From contig CAVZJB010000005.1 of assembly GCA_963775425.1 (NCBI GenBank), positions 640,001-704,000 on the forward strand: a DNA stretch of 64,000 nucleotides. Direction: 5' to 3'. The position numbers and the translations under genes are program-made. This document shows positions 20,814-30,263 of the stretch, piece by piece (the first letter of the stretch is position 1; every line of letters begins with the position of its first letter). Below the pieces are notes generated by a model. That model saw nothing but the letters and a program-made list of their open reading frames with translations. It did not search any database and had not been told where the DNA came from. This DNA comes from an uncultured delta proteobacterium. Its GTDB lineage: Bacteria; Myxococcota; UBA727; VGSZ01.

Positions 20814-23057
20814 ATGATCGCGCAACGCCGCCCTGAGCCAGTGGAGCTTGTCGCCGACGAGTGGGAGCCGCCGCAGGCGCAAGGGGACAGCCTCGACGTC
20901 CAGCGGTACCTCGACGCGTTTCGGCGGTACTGGTGGATCGTGCTCATCACGGCGGTCGTCGGCGTCGTGATTGCCGGCGTATGGACGCTCCGCCAGCCGA
21001 AGATCTACAAGGCCGTCGCGAGCATCGTCATCGAAACGCGGACCCCTCGGGTCCTGACAGGCGTGGAAGAAGTCGTCGACGAGGCATCGAGCGGCTGGGT
21101 GCCCGCGAACTTCTTCGAAACCGAATATGAGGTCATGCGCAGTCGGAACGTCGCGCGCGGTGCGGCCTTGGCTCTCGGGCTGATCGACGACGACAAGAGA
21201 AACGGCCTCGCGGGCGTCAGCGATCCGGATGAACGAGCCAAGCGCAAAGCGGCGATCGATCCCGCCGATCTCGTCATCGGCCACTACGTAATCGAGCCGG
21301 ATCGAAAATCGAACGTCGTCCGCATCGCAGTCGAGGACCCTGACGCACAATATGCCGCCGATCTGGCGAACGCCCTGGTGGACTCCTATCGGGATCAGAA
21401 CCGCGATAAGCGCGTCGGCGGTACCAAGGACGCCTCGAAGTGGCTGGCGGTCCAACACGACGAGCTCCGGAAGAAGCTCGACGCCTCCGAGCAAGCGCTC
21501 ATCAAGTTCATGGAGGACAACGACATCATGAACGCCAGCCTCGAGAGCCAGCTCGAGGAGGTGAAGCAGCGTTCGAGCGCCTTCAACGCTCAACTGGCGC
21601 AGGAGGAGGCGTCCGCGATCCGGGATTTCCTCAACGTCGCCACCCTCAAGCAGGTCCGGGAAAACCCGGCGCTCCTCGACACGCTGCCGGAGATCCAGTC
21701 GGCGCCTGTCGTCACGAGCCTGAAGACCAGGCTCGTCGAGCTGCACGCTCAGCAGATGGATCTCGAGTCGCGATATCAACCCGAGCATCCCAAGCTGAAG
21801 CTGCTGCGGGAGCAGGTCGGTGCCATCGAGGCGGACATCAAGGCAGAGGCGGATGCCGTTCTCACCTCCGTCGAGCGCCAGGCGGAGGAGCGTGAGGAGA
21901 CCATCAAGGGCTTGCGGAAGGCGCTCGACGCCGAGCGAATGAAGGAGGCCCGGCTCAACAAGCTTGCGCTCGACTACCATGCGCTGCAGCGTGAACGAGA
22001 CACCAACGTCCATCTCTTCGAGATGGTGACCAGCCGCATGAAGGAAGCGGACATCACCAGCGCGCTGCCGTTCAACAACATCCGGCCGCTCGACGCTGCC
22101 CTCGTGCCCAAGGCGCCGTTCAAACCCAACCCTCGCACCAACATCCTCGTCGGGCTCGCCCTCGGACTCCTGCTCGGGATCTCGCTCATCCTGCTGCTCG
22201 AATACGCCGACAACACGATCAAGAACCAAGACGACGTGGAGCACCTGAAGCTGCCGTTCCTCGGGCTCTTGCCGATCATCGATGGTCCTGCGGAGAACGA
22301 AGGCGACGACGCGCTCAAGAAACGAGAGCGGGACCTTCACGTCTTGCGCACCCCGCGAAGTGCCGTGGCCGAGTGTGCGCGCTTCATCCGTACGAACCTG
22401 CTCTTCATGAGCCCGGACGCACCGCTGAAGATGCTCGTCGTGACGTCGCCGGGTCCCCAGGAAGGCAAGACCACGACGGCCATCAGCATCGCCATCACCA
22501 TGGCTCAGGCTGGGAGTCGCACGCTTCTCGTCGACACCGACCTTCGTCGGCCGCGCGTCCATCATTCGTTCGGGCTCGCAGCCGAGCAAGGCTTGACCAC
22601 GGTCCTCGTCGGCGATTGCACGCTCTCCCATGCCGTCCAGACCACAGAGGTTCCGGGCCTCGACGTTCTCGTCTGCGGGCCTCCGCCGCCGAACCCGGCG
22701 GAGATCCTTCTCTCCGACCGCTTCAAGGAGCTCGTGGCGGACCTGGGCAAGAAGTACGACCGCGTCATCTTCGATACGTCGCCGATAGGACCGGTGACGG
22801 ATCCGGCGATCCTCGGCGGAGTCGTCGATGGCGTCGTCCTGGTCGTGAAATGCGGCAGAACGCGAAAGGACGCCACCAAGCAGGGCCTGCGCTCGCTCAA
22901 TGATGCCAAGGCGCGTGTGCTCGGCGCCATCTTGAACGACGTCGATGTCACATCCAAGCGCTACAGTGGCGTCTACTACAACTACTATCGGCGCTACACG
23001 ACCTACTACACGGATTCGCCCGGCGAGACTCCGCCGGCGCCGGCGGCCAAGGCATGA
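20814..23057 (+). CDS. wzc: Polysaccharide co-polymerase with fused BY-kinase
   Basis: Two TM flanking coiled coil; SPGPQEGKTT, VDTDLRRP, IFDTSP; C-terminal Tyr cluster YSGVYYNYYRRYTTYY. Confidence 0.95.
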   Translation: MIAQRRPEPVELVADEWEPPQAQGDSLDVQRYLDAFRRYWWIVLITAVVGVVIAGVWTLRQPKIYKAVASIVIETRTPRVLTGVEEVVDEASSGWVPANFFETEYEVMRSRNVARGAALALGLIDDDKRNGLAGVSDPDERAKRKAAIDPADLVIGHYVIEPDRKSNVVRIAVEDPDAQYAADLANALVDSYRDQNRDKRVGGTKDASKWLAVQHDELRKKLDASEQALIKFMEDNDIMNASLESQLEEVKQRSSAFNAQLAQEEASAIRDFLNVATLKQVRENPALLDTLPEIQSAPVVTSLKTRLVELHAQQMDLESRYQPEHPKLKLLREQVGAIEADIKAEADAVLTSVERQAEEREETIKGLRKALDAERMKEARLNKLALDYHALQRERDTNVHLFEMVTSRMKEADITSALPFNNIRPLDAALVPKAPFKPNPRTNILVGLALGLLLGISLILLLEYADNTIKNQDDVEHLKLPFLGLLPIIDGPAENEGDDALKKRERDLHVLRTPRSAVAECARFIRTNLLFMSPDAPLKMLVVTSPGPQEGKTTTAISIAITMAQAGSRTLLVDTDLRRPRVHHSFGLAAEQGLTTVLVGDCTLSHAVQTTEVPGLDVLVCGPPPPNPAEILLSDRFKELVADLGKKYDRVIFDTSPIGPVTDPAILGGVVDGVVLVVKCGRTRKDATKQGLRSLNDAKARVLGAILNDVDVTSKRYSGVYYNYYRRYTTYYTDSPGETPPAPAAKA

Positions 23058-23626
23058 CCGTCGTGCGGCGAGCTCCCTGCTCGAATGCCTCCGCAGACGC
23101 GCTCGCCTGGTACGCTCTGTCGGTGCGCTGCCGTGGCGAGAGGATGGTCGCGGAGCGACTGTCAAAGACCGTCGCCGAAGTGTTCCTTCCTGCGCGCATC
23201 GTGCGACGCGCATGGAGCGACCGCGTCGTCAAGACCGAGGATCCGCTGTTTCCTGGCTACTTGTTTGTGCAGACATCGCTGAGCGCGCGGACTCGCACGA
23301 GTCTGCTCCGCGTGCCCGGAGTGCACGCGATCGTCGGACACGTCGAAGTCGCGGGGGGGAGAACGACCTGCGCCGTCCCCGAGCGCGAGATCGAAGCGCT
23401 TCGGATCATTGTGCGCTCCGAGCGCGCCGTGGATCCGATTGAACGCCTCGTCCGCGGCAAGCACGTATCGATCGTCGCTGGGCCCCTGCGTGGCGCGTCC
23501 GGAGTCGTCGAGGAGGCGCCTGACGGGCACCGCAGGCTGGTGGTGCAGGTCGCGCTGCTCGGCCGTGGTGTGCGCACTGTTCTACGGGCGGATGACGTTG
23601 TCGAAGCTACGCCGCTCGCTGCCTGA
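23054..23626 (+). CDS. NusG-paralog antiterminator (RfaH/UpxY/LoaP/TaA-type)
   Basis: WYALSV, PLFPGYLFV (NGN) and IVAGPLRGASG (KOW). Confidence 0.9.
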   Translation: MTVVRRAPCSNASADALAWYALSVRCRGERMVAERLSKTVAEVFLPARIVRRAWSDRVVKTEDPLFPGYLFVQTSLSARTRTSLLRVPGVHAIVGHVEVAGGRTTCAVPEREIEALRIIVRSERAVDPIERLVRGKHVSIVAGPLRGASGVVEEAPDGHRRLVVQVALLGRGVRTVLRADDVVEATPLAA

Positions 23627-23810
23627 GCAACCCTTGTGCGACGTCGTCAAAGGCGTCACCGTTGTCGTGGTCTCCCGGAGACCTTGAGGTGCAAGCCGTT
23701 CCAATGCGGAGCGGGAGACAAGTTGACGCAGACCGTCGGTCGTCGAATGGGACCGAAATGGGCGGAGCCTTCTCCGGCTGCGTCGTGACAGCCGAGCAGA
23801 GGCGGAGCGC

Positions 23811-24719
23811 GTGATGGAGCGTCGACTGGCGCATCTCGAGGAGCTCGAAGCCGAGGCGATCCACATTCTCCGCGAGGTCGCGGAGGAATTCTCGAACCCG
23901 GTGATGCTCTTCTCGGTCGGCAAAGACTCGATGGCGATGCTCCGCATTGCCCAGAAGGCCTTCCACCCCGGGGCCATCCCGTTCCCCCTTCTTCACGTGA
24001 ACACCACGTGGAAGTTCAAGGCGATGATCGAGCACCGCGACCGCATCTGTCGCGAGCTCGGCGTGGAGCTGATCGAGTGGATCAACAAGGACGGCGTTCG
24101 CGAAGGCGCGAACCCGTTCGACCTGGGCACCCAGCGCTACACGCACATCATGAAGACTGTGGCGCTGAAGCAAGCTCTCGATCACCACGGCTTTGACTGC
24201 GCGATCGGCGGCGCACGTCGCGACGAGGAGAAGTCGCGCGCAAAGGAGAGGATCTTCTCGCACCGCGACCGCTTCCATCAATGGGAGCCGCGAAATCAGC
24301 GACCGGAGCTGTGGAACCTCTTCAACTGTCGGATTCACAAGGGCGAAGAGATGCGCGTCTTTCCGCTCTCGAATTGGACGGAGCTCGACGTCTGGCTCTA
24401 CGTGCACCGTGAGCGCATCCCCGTCGTCCCCCTCTACTTCGCCGCTGAGCGACCCGTGGTGCAGCGCGACGGGGCGCTGATCATGGTCGACGACGATCGT
24501 TTCCGTCTGAAGTCGGGGGAGGCGCCCGAGGCTCGCCGCGTGCGTTTCCGAACTCTCGGCTGCTACCCCCTCTCAGGGGCGATTGAGAGCCAGGCTGACA
24601 CGGTGCCGAAGATCATCGAGGAGATGCTCGAGAGTCGCTTCAGCGAGCGTGAAGGTCGCCTCATCGACTATGACGAAGCCGGCACGATGGAAGAGAAGAA
24701 GCGCGAGGGCTACTTCTGA
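23811..24719 (+). CDS. cysD: Sulfate adenylyltransferase subunit 2
   Basis: [38 protein letters not shown]. Confidence 0.97.
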   Translation: MMERRLAHLEELEAEAIHILREVAEEFSNPVMLFSVGKDSMAMLRIAQKAFHPGAIPFPLLHVNTTWKFKAMIEHRDRICRELGVELIEWINKDGVREGANPFDLGTQRYTHIMKTVALKQALDHHGFDCAIGGARRDEEKSRAKERIFSHRDRFHQWEPRNQRPELWNLFNCRIHKGEEMRVFPLSNWTELDVWLYVHRERIPVVPLYFAAERPVVQRDGALIMVDDDRFRLKSGEAPEARRVRFRTLGCYPLSGAIESQADTVPKIIEEMLESRFSEREGRLIDYDEAGTMEEKKREGYF

Positions 24720-26659
24720 TGTCCCGCGCGCCTGCCAGCGACGCAGCAGCCGAAGATCGCGTTGCGCGCTTCGTCGCGGCGCACGAGCGGAAGGAGCTCC
24801 TGCGCTTCCTGACGTGTGGAAGTGTCGACGACGGCAAGTCGACGTTGATCGGGCGCCTGTTGTACGAGTGCGCCGCGATCCACGATGACCAGTTGCGTGC
24901 CCTCCGACGCGACTCGAGAAACCGTCCCATCGGCGACGCGCAGTTCGATCCAAGTCTGTTGACCGACGGTCTCAAGGCGGAGCGCGAACAAGGGATCACC
25001 ATCGACGTCGCATATCGCTATTTCTCGACGCCGAGACGGAAGTTCATCATCGCCGATACGCCAGGCCACCAACAGTACACCAGAAACATGGCGACGGGGG
25101 CGAGCAATTGTGACCTCGCGGTGGTGTTGGTCGACGCTCAGAAGGGCGTTGTCACGCAAACGCGTCGACATAGCTTCATCGCGTCGCTTCTGGGGATTCG
25201 CCATCTGGTCGTCGCGGTCAACAAGATGGATCTCGTCGGGTGGTCGGAAGATCGATTTGAAGAGATCCGCGAGACGTATGTCGAGCTCATCGCGAAGCTG
25301 GGTGTCGACGACATCCGCTTTGTTCCGATGTCGGCGCTGAAGGGAGACAACGTCACATCGTCGTCGGCGGCGTCGCCCTGGTACACGGGAGGAACGCTGC
25401 TGCATCACCTCGAGACCGCCCCGATCGTGAGCCGATCGAACCTGATCGACTTCCGTTTCCCCATTCAACGCGTCATCAGGCTTGCTGGAAACTACCGGGG
25501 ATATGCCGGCACCGTTGCAGCGGGCATTCTTCGCACAGGGGAAGAGCTCGTCGCTCTGCCGTCCGGAAAGCGAGCGGCGGTCAAGGCGTTGCGTATTTTC
25601 GACGGTGAAGTCGCCGAGGCGCGGTCGGGGGAAGCGGTTGTGGTCGAGCTGACCGAAGAGATCGACCTCAGCCGTGGAGACATGCTGATCCGCGCTGGGA
25701 ACGCCCCGAAGGTGCTCCACGAGCTCGATGCGATGATCGTCTGGATGGACGAGGCTCCACTGGATCTCAACAGGGAGTACACGGTCAAGCACACCACGCA
25801 ATCCGTGCCGGCGCGGTTTCTCTCCGTGCGCTATTCCATTGATGTCGGCACGCTGCACCATGCGCCGGCGGAGCGCCTCGGTCTCAACGACATAGGGCGA
25901 TGTGAGCTCCAGACTGCGCGCCCTCTCTTCGTCGACCCATATCGCGGGAACCGCGCAACGGGCTCATTCATCGTGGTCGACCGCGTCTCGAACGCGACGG
26001 TCGCCGCCGGCATGGTGCTCGATCGTCGCGCGCTGGCGGAGGGAGGCATCGCCCCGAACGGCGCTCGCTCGTCGAACACCGCCTGGCACCGCGGCAGCGT
26101 AACGACGGAGGAGACGGAAGCACGCCTCGGGCAACGCGGCGCCGTTGTCTGGCTCACGGGCCTCTCCGGAGCGGGCAAGTCCACGATCGCGCGGGCGCTC
26201 GAGCGCGGGCTGTTCGACGAGGGTCGGCTGGTTGTGGTGCTCGACGGTGACAACGTCCGACACGGTCTCTGCGGGGACCTAGGATTTTCGCAAAAGGACC
26301 GGCAAGAGAACATTCGACGCGTCGCACACGTCGCCGAGCTCTTTCGTCGGGCTGGCATGATCGTCATCGTGGCGTTCATCTCGCCGTACCGTGTCGACCG
26401 CGATCGGGCTCGCTCCCTCGTCCCCGCAGGGCGGTTCTTCGAGATCCACGTGGCGACGGACGTGAAGACTTGCGAGAGCCGCGACCCCAAGGGGCTCTAC
26501 GCGAAGGCACGGCGGGGAGAAATCCCAGATTTCACAGGAATTTCCGCGCCCTACGAACCGCCGTCGGCCCCCGAGCTCGTGGTCGATACCGTCGACGGCT
26601 CCGTGGAGCAGAGTGCAGATTGTGTGAGCATGCTGCTACGCGCGCGTGGCATCATTTGA
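24719..26659 (+). CDS. cysNC: Bifunctional sulfate adenylyltransferase subunit 1 / APS kinase (NodQ-like)
   Basis: GSVDDGKSTLIG, DTPGH, NKMD plus GLSGAGKST, LDGDNVRHGL, RDPKGLY. Confidence 0.97.
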   Translation: MSRAPASDAAAEDRVARFVAAHERKELLRFLTCGSVDDGKSTLIGRLLYECAAIHDDQLRALRRDSRNRPIGDAQFDPSLLTDGLKAEREQGITIDVAYRYFSTPRRKFIIADTPGHQQYTRNMATGASNCDLAVVLVDAQKGVVTQTRRHSFIASLLGIRHLVVAVNKMDLVGWSEDRFEEIRETYVELIAKLGVDDIRFVPMSALKGDNVTSSSAASPWYTGGTLLHHLETAPIVSRSNLIDFRFPIQRVIRLAGNYRGYAGTVAAGILRTGEELVALPSGKRAAVKALRIFDGEVAEARSGEAVVVELTEEIDLSRGDMLIRAGNAPKVLHELDAMIVWMDEAPLDLNREYTVKHTTQSVPARFLSVRYSIDVGTLHHAPAERLGLNDIGRCELQTARPLFVDPYRGNRATGSFIVVDRVSNATVAAGMVLDRRALAEGGIAPNGARSSNTAWHRGSVTTEETEARLGQRGAVVWLTGLSGAGKSTIARALERGLFDEGRLVVVLDGDNVRHGLCGDLGFSQKDRQENIRRVAHVAELFRRAGMIVIVAFISPYRVDRDRARSLVPAGRFFEIHVATDVKTCESRDPKGLYAKARRGEIPDFTGISAPYEPPSAPELVVDTVDGSVEQSADCVSMLLRARGII

Positions 26660-27636
26660 TGGGGGCGAAGGTTGGCTCGTCCTCGACAGAGGACATCCTG
26701 GCTGGGGGGCGTGCGAGAATGTTGAGCCGGTTCGACGCAATCGACGCCATCAAGCCGTGGGTTCCTTTGAAATATCGCATCCGGCTGGTCGAAGCTCGCT
26801 TCAAGGCACGCCTGCCGTCCTCCCCGTTTCGCATGCTCCCGCAAGCGCTGTTCATCGGGGCCATGCGCTGCGGAACCAGCTCGCTCTACAAGTATCTCGG
26901 ACGCCACCCGAACGTCGTACCGTCGTTGCGGAAAGAAGTCCGCTTCTTCTCCCAGGAGTTTGCGCGCGGCGAGCTCTGGTACCGCGCCCACTTCCCGTCC
27001 GTCGTCGAGAAGACGGTCCTCGCATCGTTCGGGAGGACCCTGGCCACGTTCGAGAGCTCGCCGGACTACATGCTCAGTCCCTACGCGGCTTCGCGCGCGG
27101 CACGAATGCTCCCGCACACCAAGATCGTAGCGCTCTTGCGGAATCCCGTGGCTCGCGCGTTCTCCCACTACAAGCACATGCTCTCCAAGGGTTTGGAGTC
27201 GCTCGGCTTCGCGGAAGCTCTCAAGCGAGAGCGTGAGCGCCTGGAGCCGGATCTCGAGAAGATGAAGCGAAATCCGCTCTACATGGGGACGCGATTCCGG
27301 CGCTTCTCGTACGTGACCCGGGGCCTCTACGCCGAGCAGCTCGAGCGATGGATGAGCCTCTATCCCGCACAGCAGATTCTCGTCCTCGATGCCGATCGCT
27401 TCTTCTCCAACCCACCCTCGATCTTCGACGAGATCCTTCGATTTCTCGATCTCCCTGTTTGGGCGCCGCCGCAGTTTCGCAACCATTCGTACCTCAGCGA
27501 CCGCGAGCGCGAGAGCCGCGCCACGGTTCGACTCAAGCCTCGCGATCGCGAAGCACTCGAGGAGAGGTTCGCGGAGCCGAACCGGCGCCTGCGCGACCTG
27601 CTCGGTGGCAAAGCGGGTGGGTTCTCCTGGCTCTAG
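26659..27636 (+). CDS. PAPS-dependent sulfotransferase (HS3ST/NDST-like)
   Basis: 5'-PSB IGAMRCGTSSL, KEVRFF, SPDY, 3'-PB LRNPVARAFSHY; ATG overlaps cysNC stop. Confidence 0.9.
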   Translation: MGAKVGSSSTEDILAGGRARMLSRFDAIDAIKPWVPLKYRIRLVEARFKARLPSSPFRMLPQALFIGAMRCGTSSLYKYLGRHPNVVPSLRKEVRFFSQEFARGELWYRAHFPSVVEKTVLASFGRTLATFESSPDYMLSPYAASRAARMLPHTKIVALLRNPVARAFSHYKHMLSKGLESLGFAEALKRERERLEPDLEKMKRNPLYMGTRFRRFSYVTRGLYAEQLERWMSLYPAQQILVLDADRFFSNPPSIFDEILRFLDLPVWAPPQFRNHSYLSDRERESRATVRLKPRDREALEERFAEPNRRLRDLLGGKAGGFSWL

Positions 27637-27720
27637 CGGCGACGGCTTCGCTGACAGCGCGATCTCCGTCCGCCGGGGGCGTCAAGACGTGACTTTCGAC
27701 GATGAAGAAGCGCTGCCGCG

Positions 27721-29562
27721 TTGTCGCGTGGAGGAAGCCTGACTGACAGCGCCCAGGATGAACGGCTCTCGGTCGTGCGCAAGGTCTGGCGCATCCTGTC
27801 CCAGCAGGAGCGCCGCCAATTGCTCGTCCTGCTTCCGTCAGTCGTCCTTACGGCGATCTTTGAGACCGCAGGCGTCGCGTCGATCGTGCCGTTCCTCGGC
27901 CTCCTCTCGAACCCGGACGCGATCGCCAGGAGCAAGGTCCTCTCATGGGGCTTCACCGCGGGCAGCTTTCACACGCGCGAGAGCTTCTTCTTCTGCGTCG
28001 GCCTCATCGTCTTGACGCTGATGACGACAGGCAACGGTGTCTCTGCGTTCACCACATGGCGCCTCTTGCGCTTCTCCTGGATGGGGAATCACACACTCTC
28101 TTTACGGCTGCTGGCCGACTACCTGCGCAAGCCGTACGCGTACTTTCTTCTGCAGAACACCGCGGACCTTTCGAAGAACATCCTCTCCGAGGTGCAGGCA
28201 GTCGTCACTGGCATCCTCGTGCAGGGGCTCCAACTCTCTGCGCGGGCCGTTGCTTTCATCTTCGTCATCATCGCGTTGCTCGCGGTGGATCCGGTGATGG
28301 CGGCGGGCGTGGCAGTTGCGTTCGGCGGCGTCTACGGCGGGATCTTCATGGTCGTGCGACGCAAGTTGGCACACATGGGAAAACGCCGGGTCGCAGCAAA
28401 CCAGGCGCGATTCAAGCTCGCCGCCGAGGCGCTCAGCGGGATCAAGGAGATCAAGCTGTACGGCCTCGAAGAGGCAGTTCTGCAGCGTTACAGCGGGCCG
28501 TCGACGTCGTTTGCGACCCTCCAGGCGCGCCACGCGGTGATGGCGCAGATTCCAAAGTTCCTGCTGGAGACCATTGCATTCGGCGGCCTGCTCATCATGG
28601 TCCTTTACCTGCTGGCGGTGGGGCAAACGCTCACCGATGCGCTCCCTGTTCTCGGGTTGTATGCCTTCGCCGCATACCGCGTGTTGCCGGGGCTCCAGGT
28701 CATCTTCGCCGGCGTCACCACCGTCCGGTTTCAGCTCGGCGCGCTCAACGTGCTCTATCGCGACCTCGATCGCACGCCTGCCGCCCCCCCAGTGCCGGAG
28801 CAGACCGTCAACTTCAACGAGGCGTTGGTCCTCGAAGACGTGCGTTTCAACTACGCCGGCGTTTCGAAGTCCGCGCTCGACGGCGTGAACGTGAAGCTCG
28901 CTCGTGGAGAGTGGCTCGCGCTCGTCGGTGCGACCGGGGCGGGGAAGTCCACGCTCGTGGACGTGATGCTCGGGCTCCTGGAGCCGAGCTCGGGAAGGAT
29001 CCTTCTCGACGGCGCGCCGATGGACGAGGGCCACCGGCGTGCCTGGCAAAACGTCGTGGGGTACGTGCCGCAGCAAATCTTTCTGGCGGACGATACGGTT
29101 GCCAAGAACATCGCGTTCGGGGCTCCGGGGCACGCGGTCGATCACGAGAGGATGCGGTGGGCAGCGCGCGTGGCGCAGATAGACGGCTTCATCGAGAACG
29201 AGCTCCCGTCGGGCTACGAGACGCCCGTGGGCGAAAGGGGCATTCGCCTGTCGGGCGGGCAACGGCAACGAATCGGGATTGCACGTGCGTTGTACCGCAT
29301 GCCGATGCTGATCATCCTCGACGAGGCCACCAGTGCGCTCGACGGGGAAACCGAGGCGCACTTCTTTGATGCCCTCGAGCGCGAGTTGCGCGACACCGCA
29401 GTCGTGTCCATTGCTCATCGTTTGACGACGACGAGGGACTTTGACCGGATCCTCGTCGTCGAGCAGGGCCGCATCGTGGACTCCGGTAGCTACGACGAGC
29501 TGTCGCTGCGTCACCCGATGTTCCAGCAGCAAAGCCGTGTCGGCATCGAGGTCGCTCAATGA
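27721..29562 (+). CDS. PglK/MsbA-like fused TMD-NBD ABC exporter
   Basis: Multi-TM N-half; GATGAGKST, LSGGQRQR, ILDEATSALD; AYRVLPGLQ typical of PglK-like flippases. Confidence 0.9.
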   Translation: MSRGGSLTDSAQDERLSVVRKVWRILSQQERRQLLVLLPSVVLTAIFETAGVASIVPFLGLLSNPDAIARSKVLSWGFTAGSFHTRESFFFCVGLIVLTLMTTGNGVSAFTTWRLLRFSWMGNHTLSLRLLADYLRKPYAYFLLQNTADLSKNILSEVQAVVTGILVQGLQLSARAVAFIFVIIALLAVDPVMAAGVAVAFGGVYGGIFMVVRRKLAHMGKRRVAANQARFKLAAEALSGIKEIKLYGLEEAVLQRYSGPSTSFATLQARHAVMAQIPKFLLETIAFGGLLIMVLYLLAVGQTLTDALPVLGLYAFAAYRVLPGLQVIFAGVTTVRFQLGALNVLYRDLDRTPAAPPVPEQTVNFNEALVLEDVRFNYAGVSKSALDGVNVKLARGEWLALVGATGAGKSTLVDVMLGLLEPSSGRILLDGAPMDEGHRRAWQNVVGYVPQQIFLADDTVAKNIAFGAPGHAVDHERMRWAARVAQIDGFIENELPSGYETPVGERGIRLSGGQRQRIGIARALYRMPMLIILDEATSALDGETEAHFFDALERELRDTAVVSIAHRLTTTRDFDRILVVEQGRIVDSGSYDELSLRHPMFQQQSRVGIEVAQ

Positions 29563-30263
29563 GGGTGCTCGGCGTGATCCCCGCGCGGGGCGGATCGAAG
29601 GGTATTCCCCGCAAGAACCTCCATCCGGTTGGAGGTCGCCCTCTCCTCGCCTGGACGATCGACGCGGCCCGCGGCGCGCGAGGTCTCTCGCGCTGCGTCG
29701 TGAGTACCGAGGACGACGAGATCGCGGGCGTGGCGCGATCATTCGGCGGCGACGTCCCGTTTCTGCGGCCGGCGGAGCTGGCCACCGACGAAACGCCAGG
29801 GTCGGCACCAATCCTCCATGCTCTTGACGAAGTCGAAGCCCGCGACGGGGCGTCGTACGACGCGGTGATGTGCCTCCAGCCGACGTCGCCGCTGCGGACT
29901 TCCGCTGACATAGATGCGGCCCTCGCTCTCCTCGACGACGAGGTCGCCGCTGTCATCAGCGTGGCGCCCGCCCGTCACCATCCACTTTGGATGCGCACGA
30001 TGGACGAGCGGGGTCGTTTGCTTCCCTTGAGCGGCAGCTCGTTGCCTGCGCGGCGTCAGGACCTGCCGCGGGCGTACGTGCTGAACGGTGCCGTCTACAT
30101 TGCACGTCAGCACGAGTTTCGCGCGGCGCGCACATTTCACCTCGAAGGCGCGCGCGCGTACGTGATGCCGGAAGAGCGCTCCATCGATGTCGACACGCCG
30201 TTGGACGCCCAGATTGCGGGAATGCTGCTCGCCGCGCGACGGAACGAAGGTTCGGACGGATGA
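29559..30263 (+). CDS. neuA: CMP-nonulosonic acid synthetase (NeuA/LegF)
   Basis: IPARGGSKGIPRKN, LQPTSPLR, SIDVDTPLD. Confidence 0.93.
   Translation: MRVLGVIPARGGSKGIPRKNLHPVGGRPLLAWTIDAARGARGLSRCVVSTEDDEIAGVARSFGGDVPFLRPAELATDETPGSAPILHALDEVEARDGASYDAVMCLQPTSPLRTSADIDAALALLDDEVAAVISVAPARHHPLWMRTMDERGRLLPLSGSSLPARRQDLPRAYVLNGAVYIARQHEFRAARTFHLEGARAYVMPEERSIDVDTPLDAQIAGMLLAARRNEGSDG

Noticed and set aside
23627-23810. RfaH ops element or riboswitch
   Set aside because: No GGCGGTAG match and no recognisable riboswitch consensus
23811-26659. Ordinary sulfate assimilation operon
   Set aside because: No cysH/cysI/cysJ or sulfate transporter; directly coupled to a sulfotransferase
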